Notes under the pieces: generated by a model
Told to the model about the DNA's origin: nothing
The model's input: the letters and a program-made list of their open reading frames with translations, nothing else
Databases searched by the model: none
In this document: one piece after another, positions 13,229 through 27,300 of the stretch
Layout: each line of letters opens with the position of its first letter
Numbering within the stretch: the first letter of the stretch is position 1
Position numbers and translations under genes: made by a program
Assembly (NCBI GenBank): GCA_030704615.1
Contig: CM060732.1
Span: 55,056,001 to 55,120,000, forward strand
Reading direction: 5' to 3'
Source of the DNA: Takakia lepidozioides
Lineage: Eukaryota; Plantae; Bryophyta
DNA: 64,000 bases

Positions 13229-14875
13229 ACCATTGGTCCGACAGGATTGCGTTGACATCATTGGGATGTAAATTATTGGATATTCATTGGGCGCACCTTT
13301 ATTCTGGTGAGCAATGGTCATTGGGCATCACCCAGGCCTTGGCAGTAGCTGGTGTCACCCGCAATATGGTGATCTTGATGCATAAATTATATGCATGTGA
13401 GGGGAGTTGTGGAAGCCACAACTCTCCTATCCCACTAAGGCAGCAGGCATGAAAGTACGTTGCCTGTGGTGTGGTGTTTGAGAAGTGTGTCAAAAGGGTG
13501 GTTTCACAGCCTAGAATTGTCAGTATGCAAGTACTGACTAATCGAAATGTATACCAAATGTTGCTTGCTAGTCCTTGCGTGCTGCGAGGGTAAACCCCAG
13601 CTAGAGTGAGGAGAAAGGAGTGAACTTGATTTCAGGCTGTAACTATACTAGTGCTGTAACATCTTGTTACAAATATGTTGATTGGATGTACATAACTTGA
13701 AGCTGGAAAGGCGTCTTGGGCCATTTTCCTTTGACTTGATTGATATGTACCTTTCCCCCTTGCAGTTTTTGTCCTCCGCCCTTATTTTTCCCTTCTCAAA
13801 TATATGGGCGTACCAAATTTTGAACTTTGGCAGGGTTAGTTGGTCCGAAGCAGAGAGTGCATGGGAGCAGTCAAGGGCAGGTGCAATGGGGGCAGGTGCA
13901 ATGGGGGTGCGACTAGGGGTTTTTTGGGAGTAGCCATGTAGTGAACAGGTGTCAAGTGGTGGAAAAATGGCAAAAGGATTATCTAACATCTACAATCTTT
14001 TTCACAGACTGAGATTGTCGCAAGTGTATTTTACATTGAATCATGCCCACTTTGTCTGTGGTTTTCTCATTGATGGGCATCCCACATTCCAGTGCTGCCT
14101 TCTTCGCCCACTCAATCTTACCCATGAAAATTTGAGCACAGATGATGATGGGACGGACACAAAAACCAGAGTCCTATGTTGAGTTGCATGCACATGTTTA
14201 CTTCATTTCATTGTTAGATGAAGTAGACTCCACATCATTATAGATTATTATCAACAATACATGCAATACATTAACACAGCAATCATGAATATAGTACACT
14301 CTCTGGGTTGTTTACCATACACTTCTTTATTTTAGCCTGCCTTGCACCACTACTGTTCACTTGGTACTACAAAAATTACAAGGGACATTGAAAGGCACAT
14401 AGACCCTGTCTGCTGTATACGATCTGATCATGGCTGTGCTTTCTTGGTGCCAGCAGTTACTACAGGTCCCAAGCGTCTTGGCGAACTTCAAATTGGGGCT
14501 AGTTAACACAGATACAAAGATCTCCCAAGAAACTAAATATACAGGTAGATTTCAGCTTCTTGTAGGCACTCATCCATAGAACATGTATGTACTGTACACC
14601 TAATGGATTCCCTTGTTGTTTCAAAGCCTGTTCTTGGTGCTCGCTCTGATGCCTGTGTTATATACAAGGAGCAGAGGTGTCTATCTTTTAAAATGACCAG
14701 GTAGGGTGCACAGACCAGCAGTTTATGATTTTCCATCTGGTTGATTGCAAGGTTATCCAATAAGCTCTTCTCAATGATATAAGGAGGTCTCAGTAGACCA
14801 TAAAGGTGGGCAATAATTGCAAAACTGAGGGAAGCTAGTGGTTTCAGCAAAACTGTGGAGAACGACATGTTTCTC

Positions 14876-17800
14876 TCAAGCAACTTCAACTCCCATCCTT
14901 TCAGCAACCTGCGATGACAACTTCACATGTCAGGAGAGCTTCCACAATTAAAGAATTGCATAAGACAGTATCCAGGAACTCTTGCCAAAAGCAATGTCAC
15001 TACGACAACCCAACCTCTTTGAATGTGTACACATCTTCCCCCCATAGCCATGCATCGCATCGAGCATCCCTGGCACCCCAAACATCATTGCGCCGGTCAT
15101 CGCCAACATGTACAGCATCCTCTGGATCAACTCCCAAAAGCTCACAAGCTCGCAGAAAGATGGTGGGGTTGGGTTTCTCTGCTTGAACCTGCATCCCCAT
15201 AGCATTCAGAAATTTATCCACACGGCACCATTGTCTTTACTGAAGTGGCAAATGCACTGCAATGTACTCCAGGAATCGCTATGGTAGTTCCATGGGCAAA
15301 AACTGGTAGATTTACTTGAATGCTAATTGGGTTCCAAGGGGAGACTGTCACTCCATCCAGCTCCACTTCACTTTGGTCTGATAAACTGATTTTGTATCCT
15401 ACAAACACAACACATGACTTGTGAACACAGATTTGAGAACATTGTTCCAGTGTTCGTTTCAATCCGTTGACATATCGAACCCATGAATAAGGTACCCTAG
15501 TCTTAACCATGACGTGCGCCAGCCAAAGCTCCTTGTGTTCAATGATAGTCTATATGCTGGATTAGCTTCAGCCTCTAAGAACAAATATATAACGTTGGGA
15601 GCAACTACAATTACACATCTATCCAACCGGGAGAGAAAAACAGCAGACCCGCTCCAACTGGGATGGCCATGCAGTGGATCACCTCAGCAGACACTGCTAG
15701 TGCATCAAACCAGTGGTCACAGTCAAGTGCTTGCAGCAGGGGCCGAAGACGCGTGTCAAAGTTGGAAACCACTCCCAACTTCACACCTGCATTCCGAAGA
15801 GTCTCGAAAACTTTTCCAGCTTCTGGATCCGCGATATGCCATGCCTAACAGGATGATAAAGATCGGAATTAGGCACACTGCTTCCTTTCATCTTTGGAAT
15901 TGGTCACTCGACAACTTTTGACCCCGTAAAGGCTGAGGAAGCAAGGGATTCAGGAATTCAACAGCTTGCCACTAAGGCAAGCACCATCCATCCATTTGTA
16001 GAAGGCTTTTGAATGAGAAAGACACCACTGCATACTAGTGGGAGTTTTAGGTTGGAGGAATCCATAATAGGTGTATGTTTTGATGCAGATAACTTCAAAA
16101 CCTGACTGCCAGAAGGTAAAGCTAGTAGTTCCAAATGGATCTTGAGACATCCATTTCAATCCCTTGAGATACAAAACCGTCCATCTGCATCCTTCCCCGC
16201 TACAATTACCATATTTCAAGTCTAAAGAATTCCTGCAACAACGACTCTGCTTGCAATTGGATTAGTATCAAGTCATGTGTTATCCCTATGTGCCTTCATA
16301 CCTTCAGGCTCCCACTTCTCCCTCCTGTGACCATGTCCATACCCCTCCCCTCTATTTCAGTGAAGCCTTCCTTCCCACAGCACTTATAACCAACATCCAG
16401 AATATTTCTCTTTTTACCCCGGTTTTCATCTATAGCTATCTGTACGTTCAATCCACAATGAGATCATCCCACCCTCTGTGATCATCTTCATTTCTATCCA
16501 AGATAAAAATGTAAGAAATCTTTTGCTGGGACTCTGTACCTCTGCAGTAGCATAGAACTGATATAATTCCTCAAAGTAGAGCTTGTCTGAGCAGCCCGTT
16601 GCATGCTCCACTATGAACTGCCAGAAGGGACGACCATCATCCACATACCTGTCCACAGAAATGAACAAGCACTGGGATTACATATGCCTACCCTCAGAGT
16701 CTTCCCCAAAAGGGACTCTTCAGAGCTTGTAATCTTCAATTGACCATGCCTAACAGAAGTCGCAAAGAGAGCAGTTTATCTTAATTTCTTTCAACTATTA
16801 CTGTGCACGACGTACTTTGGAAATGAATACTAACACCAAGATAAGTGTGATGATCAGATCGGTTTCAACGTAGGCTCCAGACAGGCATAGAGGACAAACA
16901 ATTACCTCAAGATAGAGCGACACCAGGGTTGTGAATACGCCCAGCGATATCTGGCCAGAATCTCGTCCTCAGTGTACTTCACTCCATACTTTTTTCCAAT
17001 TTTGCGATAGATCTATCAAGCCAAGATCAAGGATTTTTATCAACTGTGCAGACGATCAGAGAGTTTTCCTTTCATTGGGAATCCCAAAAGAATTCAGCAG
17101 CCTATGTCCCATGACTCTTTTACTTTCTGTCCCTTCTCCAGCACAAATAAGAAATCCGATTAGAAGTAAAGTTTTGAAGCCAATGCTCTTCCCAGATAGC
17201 AGACCACAGAAAGAAACACGAGCAAAGACGAAGCTCGCCAAGTGCGACAGATACTAAAGGAATGTAAAGTGAAATGAAAATAAAAGATCTAAATTCTCAG
17301 AGAGAAGCATAATTTACTGCAGATGGTAAGGAGGGAAAACCAACTTGTGCAGCCGGCTGAGATGGAACCATGAGAGTGCCGGCAGCATCGACCAGCAGAG
17401 CCTTGTGTGTGAGGCCACCATTGATATGGCGACGATGGTCTTCACAATCACTGAATTCGCTAGAATAATCGTATTGCAACTCTGGGCTGGACACCATAGT
17501 TGTGGCTGTTGTTTTGAAGGTTCTCATCTGCAGCCACAATGCTTTAGTGTCAGACAAGCACTTTTCAAAACTTGAGTTTGAGTGCTCTTTCTTCACTACA
17601 GAGATAAGCAACAATTTTATCTTCAGATTACTTGAAGAAGTTTAGCATCCATACATTGTGCAGCCAATGTAAGCTTCCAATATCCCTATCCATGTAACTG
17701 CCAGAGGTAGATATGCTAGGCCAGATAGTCTATGCATTAATGCCAGGTCGATGTTATAAAGAACGGAGCTTGAATGGGACGAGTTTGAATGCTCAAAATT

Positions 17801-18179
17801 CGGATCTTTCTCGAGCCTGTGGATCCTCTGAAGCCTCGTTTGACGCCATTCAATGGCTCTGGAGGTTACATAGTCGAAGCTTGCCACTACTAAGGAAAGC
17901 TCCACACAGAGAAGTATCACATCCCGAAACAGACAGAGACAAGGACAAAGAGTGTAAGGGCGGGGACACTCAAGGAGAGACGAAGCAATCGACCTGTACA
18001 ATTCCATCAACTTGAAGACTTGACAGGGAGGATTTTGGGAGCTCGGTACTGTTGAGTCCCAACCTAGCATTCAATCTTTCTCTCGCCACCGCCATCCCTC
18101 TCACTTCCGTTGAACCATGCCAGGCTGGTCGCAGGAGTGGCAAGCCTCTGGACAAACCCTTAATAGTTGAAGATGCCAT
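14876..18179 (-). CDS. HAD-superfamily hydrolase (HDHD3/REG-2-like, At2g41250/At1g14310 type), 7 exons, probable organellar targeting peptide
   Basis: Exons 18179-17994, 17527-17345, 17012-16906, 16648-16540, 15844-15683, 15188-15015, 14908-14876. Motifs: LLVDAAGTL (I), VVSNFDTRL (II), EKPNPTIF (III), HVGDDRRNDVWGA (IV). Confidence 0.92.
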
Positions 18180-19889
18180 AGCTTGGGTATATCCGTCTAC
18201 TCTACTCTATTGCTCTGCAGGTCAAAGACCATTTCTAGACAGTGAGCGAACGTAAAGAGTTTCCACAAAACTTGCAAAGAGTACTGTTCTTGCATCTCAC
18301 ACTGTGCAGGCTTCCGAGATAGCTACATTTTTGTTTTTCAAGCAAGGAGCGAGACGAATTCATATGTACTGAAACGAGTGTCTAAGAGAGAAAAGAAAAC
18401 TCGGATATACAGCTGCTGGACCATAGTCCGAAAAGACCCAAGGCATCCACTTCCTATATCACAGACTGCTCTAACTAGGCACTAACTTCTTCGCCTTCAC
18501 CCACGCTTGTCCTAGCTTGAGGACACAGCCCCTGGAGGTTTACTTGACAGAACAGAAGTTTTAGAACTATTCGAAGAACATCTCTGTTTCGTCTCCTCTC
18601 TTGAAGACAAATACATGGCCCATACAGACGGCAATAGCATTTTATCCTTTGCGTCATTACGTTGTGCAGGATGTGCGGTCCCTTGGACCATCCCCGAGAT
18701 GCACGGCACAGCTGCCGAGCTTAGCAGCGATGGATCTGACTGTGGCGTGTCCCCCTCTAACACCCAACATCACCTTCTTCTCCAAATTCCGAGTATCTCG
18801 CAAATGCTGTGCCCCTAGAATATTTGGGTTTACAGCTTTGGGTTAATTGCAGCTGTGAAATCTCTCTCACAATTGCTGATTTGGGGAATCAGCAACGGCT
18901 GACCTGACCTTCCCAAACTGGCCAAATGAATTGGGGGTACTGAGTACGCGGGCCCCAACAGCCTTATCTATAATGGATTCTATTCCTGACACAGCCTCCC
19001 ATATAAAGAGCATGACTATGGATCTCGGTACTGTGCTCATTTTGAATCATGCATGCAACATGAATGGGCAGGCCGGATTATTAGAATGTTCCAACATTTA
19101 TCCAAGATGCAGGCATTTAAGAAGGAATCACTCACGACTCACGAACTATAACACAGCATGCCGCATGTGATGACAAGTTGTTGACGAAGCAGATGACAGA
19201 GCATGCCAGATCACGTGCAGATGAGATAGGTGGCACAAGGGCCACGGCAGCAGCACCATGCTTGTCGTGCTTGCCTTCATCATGCTGGCCCACCACCATC
19301 ACAAATCTTGTATGGAGTCTCAAGACTTCTACGACAAGACTTCGTGTTCAACTCCTTTACTTTGTCTGCATGATGTTCGTGTGACATTGTTCTCTGATGT
19401 CAATTCATTGATAAATCTCAGGAGCAGCGGAATGCATGAAAATTCTGTACATGGGTACTGTGCAATGTTGGGGAGAGTTGGGCGGATGGATAGAAATTTG
19501 AGTTGCGTCCAACAGCCATGGGTCTGCGTGGCAGATGGCAACCCTGCAAGTTAGATCCGAACACCGGCATGGTGATCCAGAAAAGTCCGGAAAGGAGGAG
19601 ATTCTGAAGGCCGCTGACAATTGGTTGGAAGGAGGCTTGCTACCCAGAGGTTGGGATGTAGGCGAGAGGGTCTGGGTTGGATCCAGAATCAACTGGTCTT
19701 GAGTCTTGAAGGAAGGAGATTTTTTAAGTTCACTGGTTGAGGCGCTTCTAGGTTTCGGAGTTTCCTTCTCGGCGATTGGTTTATGTCTCTGCTGATCCAT
19801 GGAAACTTGTATTTAGACTGCCCGAGATCTTGGCGATCTGCACAGAATGCAAGCAATTGCACAGCGTAGGGTTGGAAGGATTGACGGCT

Positions 19890-22800
19890 ATGGCACTTCC
19901 AATGGATGTTGGGGTCGCCTCATTGGCGAGGACACTGGCAAACAGTAACATTATAAGTGCATCTAGAATTTTGGCAATTGCGCCCTGCTTGAATTTTGGA
20001 GGTGTGGGAAGATTCCACTGTGGTGTGAAATCGGTCCCTGTATATCGAGATTCCAGCTTTCTTCCAAGATTAGAACCAAACTACTTTTGTGGTTTTAGAC
20101 AGGGGTTGAGGAGAGGTGAAACTGGTAGGACCCGGGTGCGACAGCGGGGCGTTGCAATGAAGGCCTTGGGAACCGCCCCTGCAGCAGAGCAGGTGATATC
20201 TATGTTCCATGCTGTTTCTTTCATTTGCGTGGTTTGCAATGTGAAATCCATATCGTAATTCTGAAGGTCGGCTTGAAGAAAGTAATACTAGAATGGAGTC
20301 GAAATACCACTTTATTTGATCAAATGATGTGGACGAGCCGCCCTAAGGCTTATTCGACAAGCAGGGTTAAGACTAATCCATGCCTAAATCCCAACTCAAG
20401 CCCAAAATCTTAGTTCTGACTGGCACTTGATTAACGAACTTTACTTGAGTCATCAATTATGTTCACCTGAGGGCCTGCTGATTAACACAACTCTCTTTCA
20501 CTCTGAGTTCATCAACAAGCTATCACTTTCCAAATGTTGGATCTTGAACCCTCACAAAGATGACAGGTTGGCATCTGATGGGGTTGTGGCAGGTGCAAGT
20601 GCCCTTACTTCGCAGTCTACTGGGGGCTATGGTAAAGCCTTACCTTGTCAAAAATCCAACAGCAGTGGCTGCTCTGGACCTCATCCGCAAACATGATAGT
20701 GGCCCTCTTTGCTATGATCATTTTGCATTCCGCACATTTGGGGCAAGTCCATCTCCTCTCTCTTCTCCTTGCAAGAAAGGAGAAGCTTTTTCCAATGTTC
20801 TGGATAGCAGCATCTTACTGACTAGCTCTATGGGAGATGCTTGGGGCAGATGTTTTCCTGTCAAAGAAAACTATGGGTAATCATGGAATTTCAATGTTTT
20901 TGTAGCAGAAGGACTGAGATATCAGTTTGGTTCCAATCTTTCACCTGAGAAAGCTACAATGCTGGTCACCAGCCCAGGCGAGGCTTATTGCTCTGTTCCT
21001 TGGTCTTAGTCATTTGTGCAATGCTGATTGGCCCATACACCATCTGTGGCCAACAGGTTGATGGATGTGGAATAGATGCCATAGCCCAAGTGTTCCTTGA
21101 TTTAAACTATCAAGTTCGTGATGAGCTCCGATTCCCAGCCAAGAAACTGCGTGCTTTGTGGTTCTCGCCACCCGACCATCTGCTTGATATGGAGGGCAGC
21201 GAGGTAGACGGGCCACTGCCACGCATTTTTATCTCGGAAATCATTGTGGACGAGCTCAGTAGTGAGTCCCAGGTACTGGAATTTCCATCACTTCTCCAAA
21301 CACCACAATCGAGAGACTTTGTCCATTGTTCTGTACTGGGACATGAAAGAATTAATAATTGGCTCTTTTACTAATGATAGCTTGGATATCACATGTGTCC
21401 ACTTTCAGTAGCCCTCTCATCAGCTTTAGAATGTTGCCAGCAACCGTACCATGCATACTTTCCATGGTAATCTGGAAGGTCAAAGTGGTCTACTATCGGT
21501 ATGGTTGATAGGATTTTTGTATGTTTTGCTGTCATGTTCTTAATTCAAACCTATATGGAGGAATCATGGATGATGTGGAAGAAACTCTTTTGATTTGTCA
21601 TCGGGGAAAATACAGGGGATAATCAGAAAATACACCAGTGGGGCTGCCAAGATTGCCAAGTACGCTCCTGCTGCAAGTGTGCTCAATTCCCTGACATGGC
21701 CAACTCCTCTGCTAGCTGACTACCAACACCTTGCCAAGTCAGGTTCTTATAAACCTTCTTTGTATCTCCCGTTCCTCTCTCTTTTCCAATCTCTCTCCCA
21801 TCTGGATACTCTTTACGCCGGCACAACTGTGTCAAATGTGTTTTAAAGAAGAAGTCTATATTAGCAGTGCTGGAAAACCTGCAGACTTCACACCAGATGT
21901 TGTCAAAAGCTCGATCTTCCATTGCCAACTTGTGTTGGCCATGCACAAGTGTGATGGAAATTCAGATACAACCCGCCCCCCCGGTGAAAACCCTTCAACA
22001 GTTTGTGGGAAGGTCAGCATCACAAGGGAACTCAGCCTGACAGGAACAATGCAACTGACAGCTACGGGAAGCATCACCGAGTACGTCTTTCATGCACAGA
22101 CAGATGATAGGATAAGTTCTAGACAGAACGCTAGAACTAAAATTGAGCTTCTTGCATTGCACTGAGCGAGATGATTTATGGGTTCAGTGAGAGCGAGTAT
22201 GCTGCATGGACGTTGGTAAATGGTTATGCGCTCAATCACACAACTGTGTCGGTGCATCGCCTTGGTTCCCTGCACAATATCGAGAAGCTCAATGAGTTTC
22301 TTCAGGAAAATGGCGTCAAGCTCAACACAGAAGGAGGCATCCTCAAAGGTTGGCCACAACCTACCCCTCAAGTCTCTTCCTGTCCTCTGTGCATGCCAGC
22401 TTTTGCGCTGCGGGCTGTCATGTGTCCAATGGATCTAATAGATCTCTCTCTCTCTCTCTCCCTCCCTCATGGACAGTATAAAGTTCAACTACTAATTTGT
22501 TTTTTTCTCTGCCTAGTCTTGTGCGGCAGCCACATTTGTCACAACTATCTGTGGGTAAGGGCAGAAAAGCAGTGCTAAAATGAGCTTTATTCTCTCTGGT
22601 AAGCTACTTGTAGCCAGCATTAACAGGGACAGCATTAATCAGTAAATGGACAAAAAATTAGTGTGCAACCACTGTCTTGGAGATATCAACTGACATGTTT
22701 GTGATATTTTGTCTGGTGGCAGTAAGCCCAGATGGTGGGTTGCAGCAAAGCTCATCAGTGGCAGATAGTGCCATGTTTACTTTTGCTGGTGGTGAAGTGG

Positions 22801-23437
22801 AGAAAGTGCCTGCATCCTACATTGAGTTTGCAGAGCGACTTGTGCTTCCCATTCATGGGGACTTGCAAGCTGACGAGGTTTGTGCTCTGAAGCTAAGAAG
22901 TCACTGACTGACACTAGTTGTTGTGTACTCTTGTTGACCTAACATAGCTGTACTAGCACAAGTTTTAGTCACGCGTATGTAAAACCTTTATTTGAAAGCT
23001 AGTTGTAAAATGATTTATTGGAGAGCCACACGGATGTAAATAACTTCCGACTCGATCAGCTTGGTTAATTGTCATATTCTAGGGACACGTGAGGATCTCC
23101 TTTTGGATTGTAGAGTACTGAGGACACCCTGCAGAGCAGCCTCAGTTGCAATATACTGGGGAGAGTTAACAAGATGGCCTTGACTATTTAGGTGCTGTTC
23201 AATCTATGCACCAGATGATTCCAGGTGGGTAGATGTCTTTCTGGCTTGTGACATAACAGAACCAGAGGCAGATAAGAATGTTTTTAGCCATTAAGCTTTC
23301 AAATCATTGCACTTACTGTGGTGGTTTTATCATTGCAGATCCATGAAAGGCATCGGAGGGATGGTTTTGAAGTGGGCAATGCAGACAAAATATTCGAGAG
23401 CACATCAGCTGATCAGATGGGTATGCGAGTTGGTTGA
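19890..23437 (+). CDS. DUF1338 2-oxoadipate dioxygenase/decarboxylase (hydroxyglutarate synthase; rice FLO7/At1g07040 type), plastid-targeted, 7 exons
   Basis: Exons 19890-20192, 20593-20742, 21057-21272, 21616-21737, 22188-22348, 22723-22877, 23339-23437. Motifs: YDHFAFRTFG, FPAKKLRALWF, PRIFISE, ESEYAAWTLVNGYALNHTTVSVH, VSPDGGLQQSS, SYIEFAER, RRDGFEVGNADKIFEST. Confidence 0.93.
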
Positions 23438-24111
23438 CCTCATTGTGGACTAATCTACATTCCTACCTTCCAAGTTCTTTTCATACTCCCAGCTCCACAC
23501 AGATGTGTTGAATGTAAGACCGAACAAGACTGGACTGCATAGAAGATACAAGAATAGTACACAATCATTATTTTTTTGGTGGATTCAAGTCACCATGATC
23601 TAATTTTTTATTCGGTGGACACACTGTGTTTTATTTCATACATGAAAAGGAGTACCTCTGTCCAAAGAGACCTGTAATGAACAATGAGCTGGGTTATACT
23701 TCCTGTTAATCAGAGGAAGGCTTACAAAGAGTAACGCATGAGTGTCATTTTTCTTGTTGACATTACAGTTTTCCCCTTGCACATTATGCAATTGTAAAAA
23801 GCTTATGCATCAGCGTCACATCCTGGCAACATATCACAGCTAAACATAACCTGATGTTGGACATAACTTTATCAAGGAATATTCCTTAGCACTAGGATTA
23901 TTGATTGGTCTTGTTTGGAACCCTCAACCATGGTTAAGCTCGCTCATCAGCAAACAGCACACTGGCTTTCCTTGGCAGTTGGCAGTTCTTACAAGGGGGA
24001 TGGCAAGATTTAACAAGAATTACCCTCATTTCAGCATATTTTATATTCATGAAAGGGGGCCATTTTGGATCCCATTCCTTTGAGCTGTTGGCCAACTTTT
24101 AAGGCTTTTAA

Positions 24112-24318
24112 GTAGACTCCAGAAGGTCAGACATCCCTGCTTCCCATGGCCCCCTTGAAGTATCAGCCAACAAATGCGCTCCCTGATATGGTCATTCTGG
24201 TATTAGGTGTGTCCCAGTGCTGGGACCAAAAAACCAAATACCAGAATTGCAAAATTCATGTAGACTCCAGAAGGTCAGACATCCCTGCTTCCCTGAAGTA
24301 TCAGCCACAAATTCGCTG
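24112..24318 (+). repeat. Short direct repeat (~60 bp, two copies)
   Basis: GTAGACTCCAGAAGGTCAGACATCCCTGCTTCCC..TGAAGTATCAGCCA occurs at 24112 and 24260. Confidence 0.85.
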
Positions 24319-27300
24319 ATTTGAGGTGGTCACATCATTGAATGTACGGGTACATTGTGCGTCATCACGGGAAGAGCACACCTCCCGCTCGGCGAGACTG
24401 CCTGTTACTATGACAGTCAGTAGGTGGAGGCCGGGTTCTAACCTGCTCCATCCCCCTCCTTTGCAGAAGGCAAATGGAGCACAGGCCAGGCCCCTCTATC
24501 CTCTATGCTTTTTTTTTTCCATCTGGCTCTTGGACGATGTGGTTGCCCAGGACGCCCCCGTTCCACGGAACATAGCCATGACATTGACCCATCCTCCGAG
24601 CTCAGGCATCTATCTACCTCCCGGCTATTACCCTTTTACATTTGTCTACTGATGTTTGGGACCTTTTACAACACATTTACAAAAAAAGTCATGAATGTTC
24701 GTCGGCATCTTTAAGAAAAATTGGCCTCCATCAAGTTCAAGAACCAATGCGAGCAAGGAGCTGGTCCAGGTCGCCATTTAATGGAGACAAACAAGGTACA
24801 GCTCCAAGAGCACCTACGCCAACATTTTGGCGTGCTTCAGTTCCTCACCCTGCCGTTTCTCCTGGTCGATCAACTGGAGACGTGCAACAACAATAGTCGA
24901 AATTAGCGATCAAATCGAGCTTGCCATCGAGATAGATTGATCATAAAGTATCGAGGAGGTTACGTATGCACAAAGACTTTGTTCTGGCAGTGAATTAATC
25001 TACGTGATGTATCCGTGGATGAGAATGAACGTCATCGGCATCTGAGCAACCAAGGAGCAGCTTAAAGGCCTTACCATATAGCTTGGAAGGCCACCAAGTT
25101 GCGCTGATAAACATACACTACTCCTCCTGAAACAACACCTGTCCATAGCATGTGAAGGAGATGTGCCAGAAATGCTAGTATTCTTGTTTGATCTGCATTA
25201 TATCCGATCTCGAATAATTAGTAATTTACACACAGTATATCCCGTTTCTTGTTTCTTGTAAGCAGACCTGCAAAATATGTACTTAAGGCCTCTGCAGAAT
25301 ATTTCTGCTGGTCTGCATTACTCCTTACAAATTGAGACAAACCTAATATTCATGATCTCGGTCTTAACATTTCAGTTTTCATATGAATGAGAAGGATGCA
25401 TAAACTCGAACTTGGATCCATAATTTAATACCACCTGAAAGTCGCAGTGCGAGAACATGAGGGTGGATGATCTTCAGATTGCTGCAAGCATCCCACAAAA
25501 ATTCGGTGCTTTCAAAGGCTTGAAAGATATCTAGCTCCCTGGGGCTGCGCGCACTTTGATTCTCAACTTGGAATTATCTTGCACAGACCAATTGAGCCCG
25601 GTATTCTACATATTAAAGTTCGATTCAGCACTGTTAAAGATAGAGCGAGAACTTTCTAAACGACCGGGATATCCTTGATGATCATTAGACAAGAATCGGT
25701 GAGGCTTATGTACACAGCAAATAATTTATTGGCTGACCGCACAATTCAAGAATAACCTGGTGTACATATTATTATTTGTTCTATAGTATATGTGGAGGAC
25801 TTCCGCTCTCAGAAACTAACAGAGCTCAGAGCTCATTGTAGATAGTGCATATCAGAGACAAGAAACAAGAAACGGAAGGGGTGGCAAGAGAGGCCAGGAT
25901 GTCCATTGCGAGAAGGGACGCGAGGGATGTCCGATTGAGAAGAAGTTATGAGCGATCTCCAGTGTGGCGGGGCAAGAAAAGAGGACGCGCGACGCAGAAA
26001 GTAATTGGGAGGACCAAGTTATATGTCAACTTTGCCCAGTGCTTTCCATCCGTCCAATCATCGACTCCTTATCATCCAACCCACAATGAAAGTAAGGGTT
26101 CCAAGTTTTGGCGGGGGTTATGAAGGTCCACAGCAGAGAGTGTGTGGCAGCAGCCAATAGCGGGGCTTGCCATGGGGTCAAGCCTACACGTGTGGGCAGT
26201 GGAGAAGCGGAGCAGCCTTCTGTTAGGGTCCACAATGCTAATAAGTAATAACCAGTTCCTCCTCTCCTCAGCGACACCACAATGGACTCACTAAGGCCCG
26301 CTTAGAAGTTTAAGGGCCAGGAAGTAACAGCAAAATAAGCGACATGTCCTCAAATAGAGTTATTATGTCCCTGAGATACTATTATTGATTAACTGTTATG
26401 GTTCAAGTACATGGGGGTTCTCTGTCGCGTCCCCTTCTGTTGTCTGATTATTACCCAAATGGTGCATTTCTGATTGCAAGAATATCAACGCACTCACGTG
26501 GCCCCTGTCTTCCACCCTGTCTTCCATATACTTGAGGGACTTGTGCTGGAGCCCACCTCCTAATTATGTCCTTCCCGACTACGCGGAAGGCATTGCTCGT
26601 GTGCAAGCAGCTGTGCTTTCTCCCCCACCCTTGCGTTGGAGTTCCTGGAAGACGCTCAGGCACCTCCGCGCAAAGGTCTTCATAGATGATAGTGCCGCAG
26701 TTTTCAGGTGGTAGCAGTACTCCTAGCAGTTCAGCAGATTCAGGTGGTAGCATTAGCAGTGTTGACACCACCTACGGATGTAATTGAGGGCATTCATTTA
26801 TGGAACATGAGGGGACACACTCTCCGTTTTCCGTTGCACCACCATTTCTCTTCCCACCATCCGTTGTAATGAGCACGGACTACAATGAAGTTCACATCCC
26901 TGAATTGAAACATTCTCTCCCCCGCGTCCTGCGAATTTGAAAGTGTTTTCCTTCTAAACATTGCTCTCCAATTCAACCATGTGCATTCAATGAATATGTA
27001 CCATGTGCATAGTCCAGTAGACAATCATTCGACATATGCCATCACACCAATATTTGGTTGGATGGATGGAGAATGAATGTTGCATGCATGGATGGTCCCA
27101 TGGATGATGTCAGTGCGCAGTATCATGCACAGGGGCGGGATGGCGAGGTTCACTGTCGGGGTTGAGGTGGGTCCCTACGGCTGACAAGGGTTGGGGTTTA
27201 TGTTTGGGGTTGCAGGGTAAATATGGATGAAGATGTGTTTCTGCGGTAATGGGTCCTCTTCCACGTAAATAGACGCCGCATCTTTCCCAAAATCATGCCA

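Noticed and set aside
18475-19800. ORFs between the HAD and DUF1338 genes (e.g. 19405..19800)
   Set aside because: No recognisable domain or consistent splice model; likely UTR or promoter sequence.
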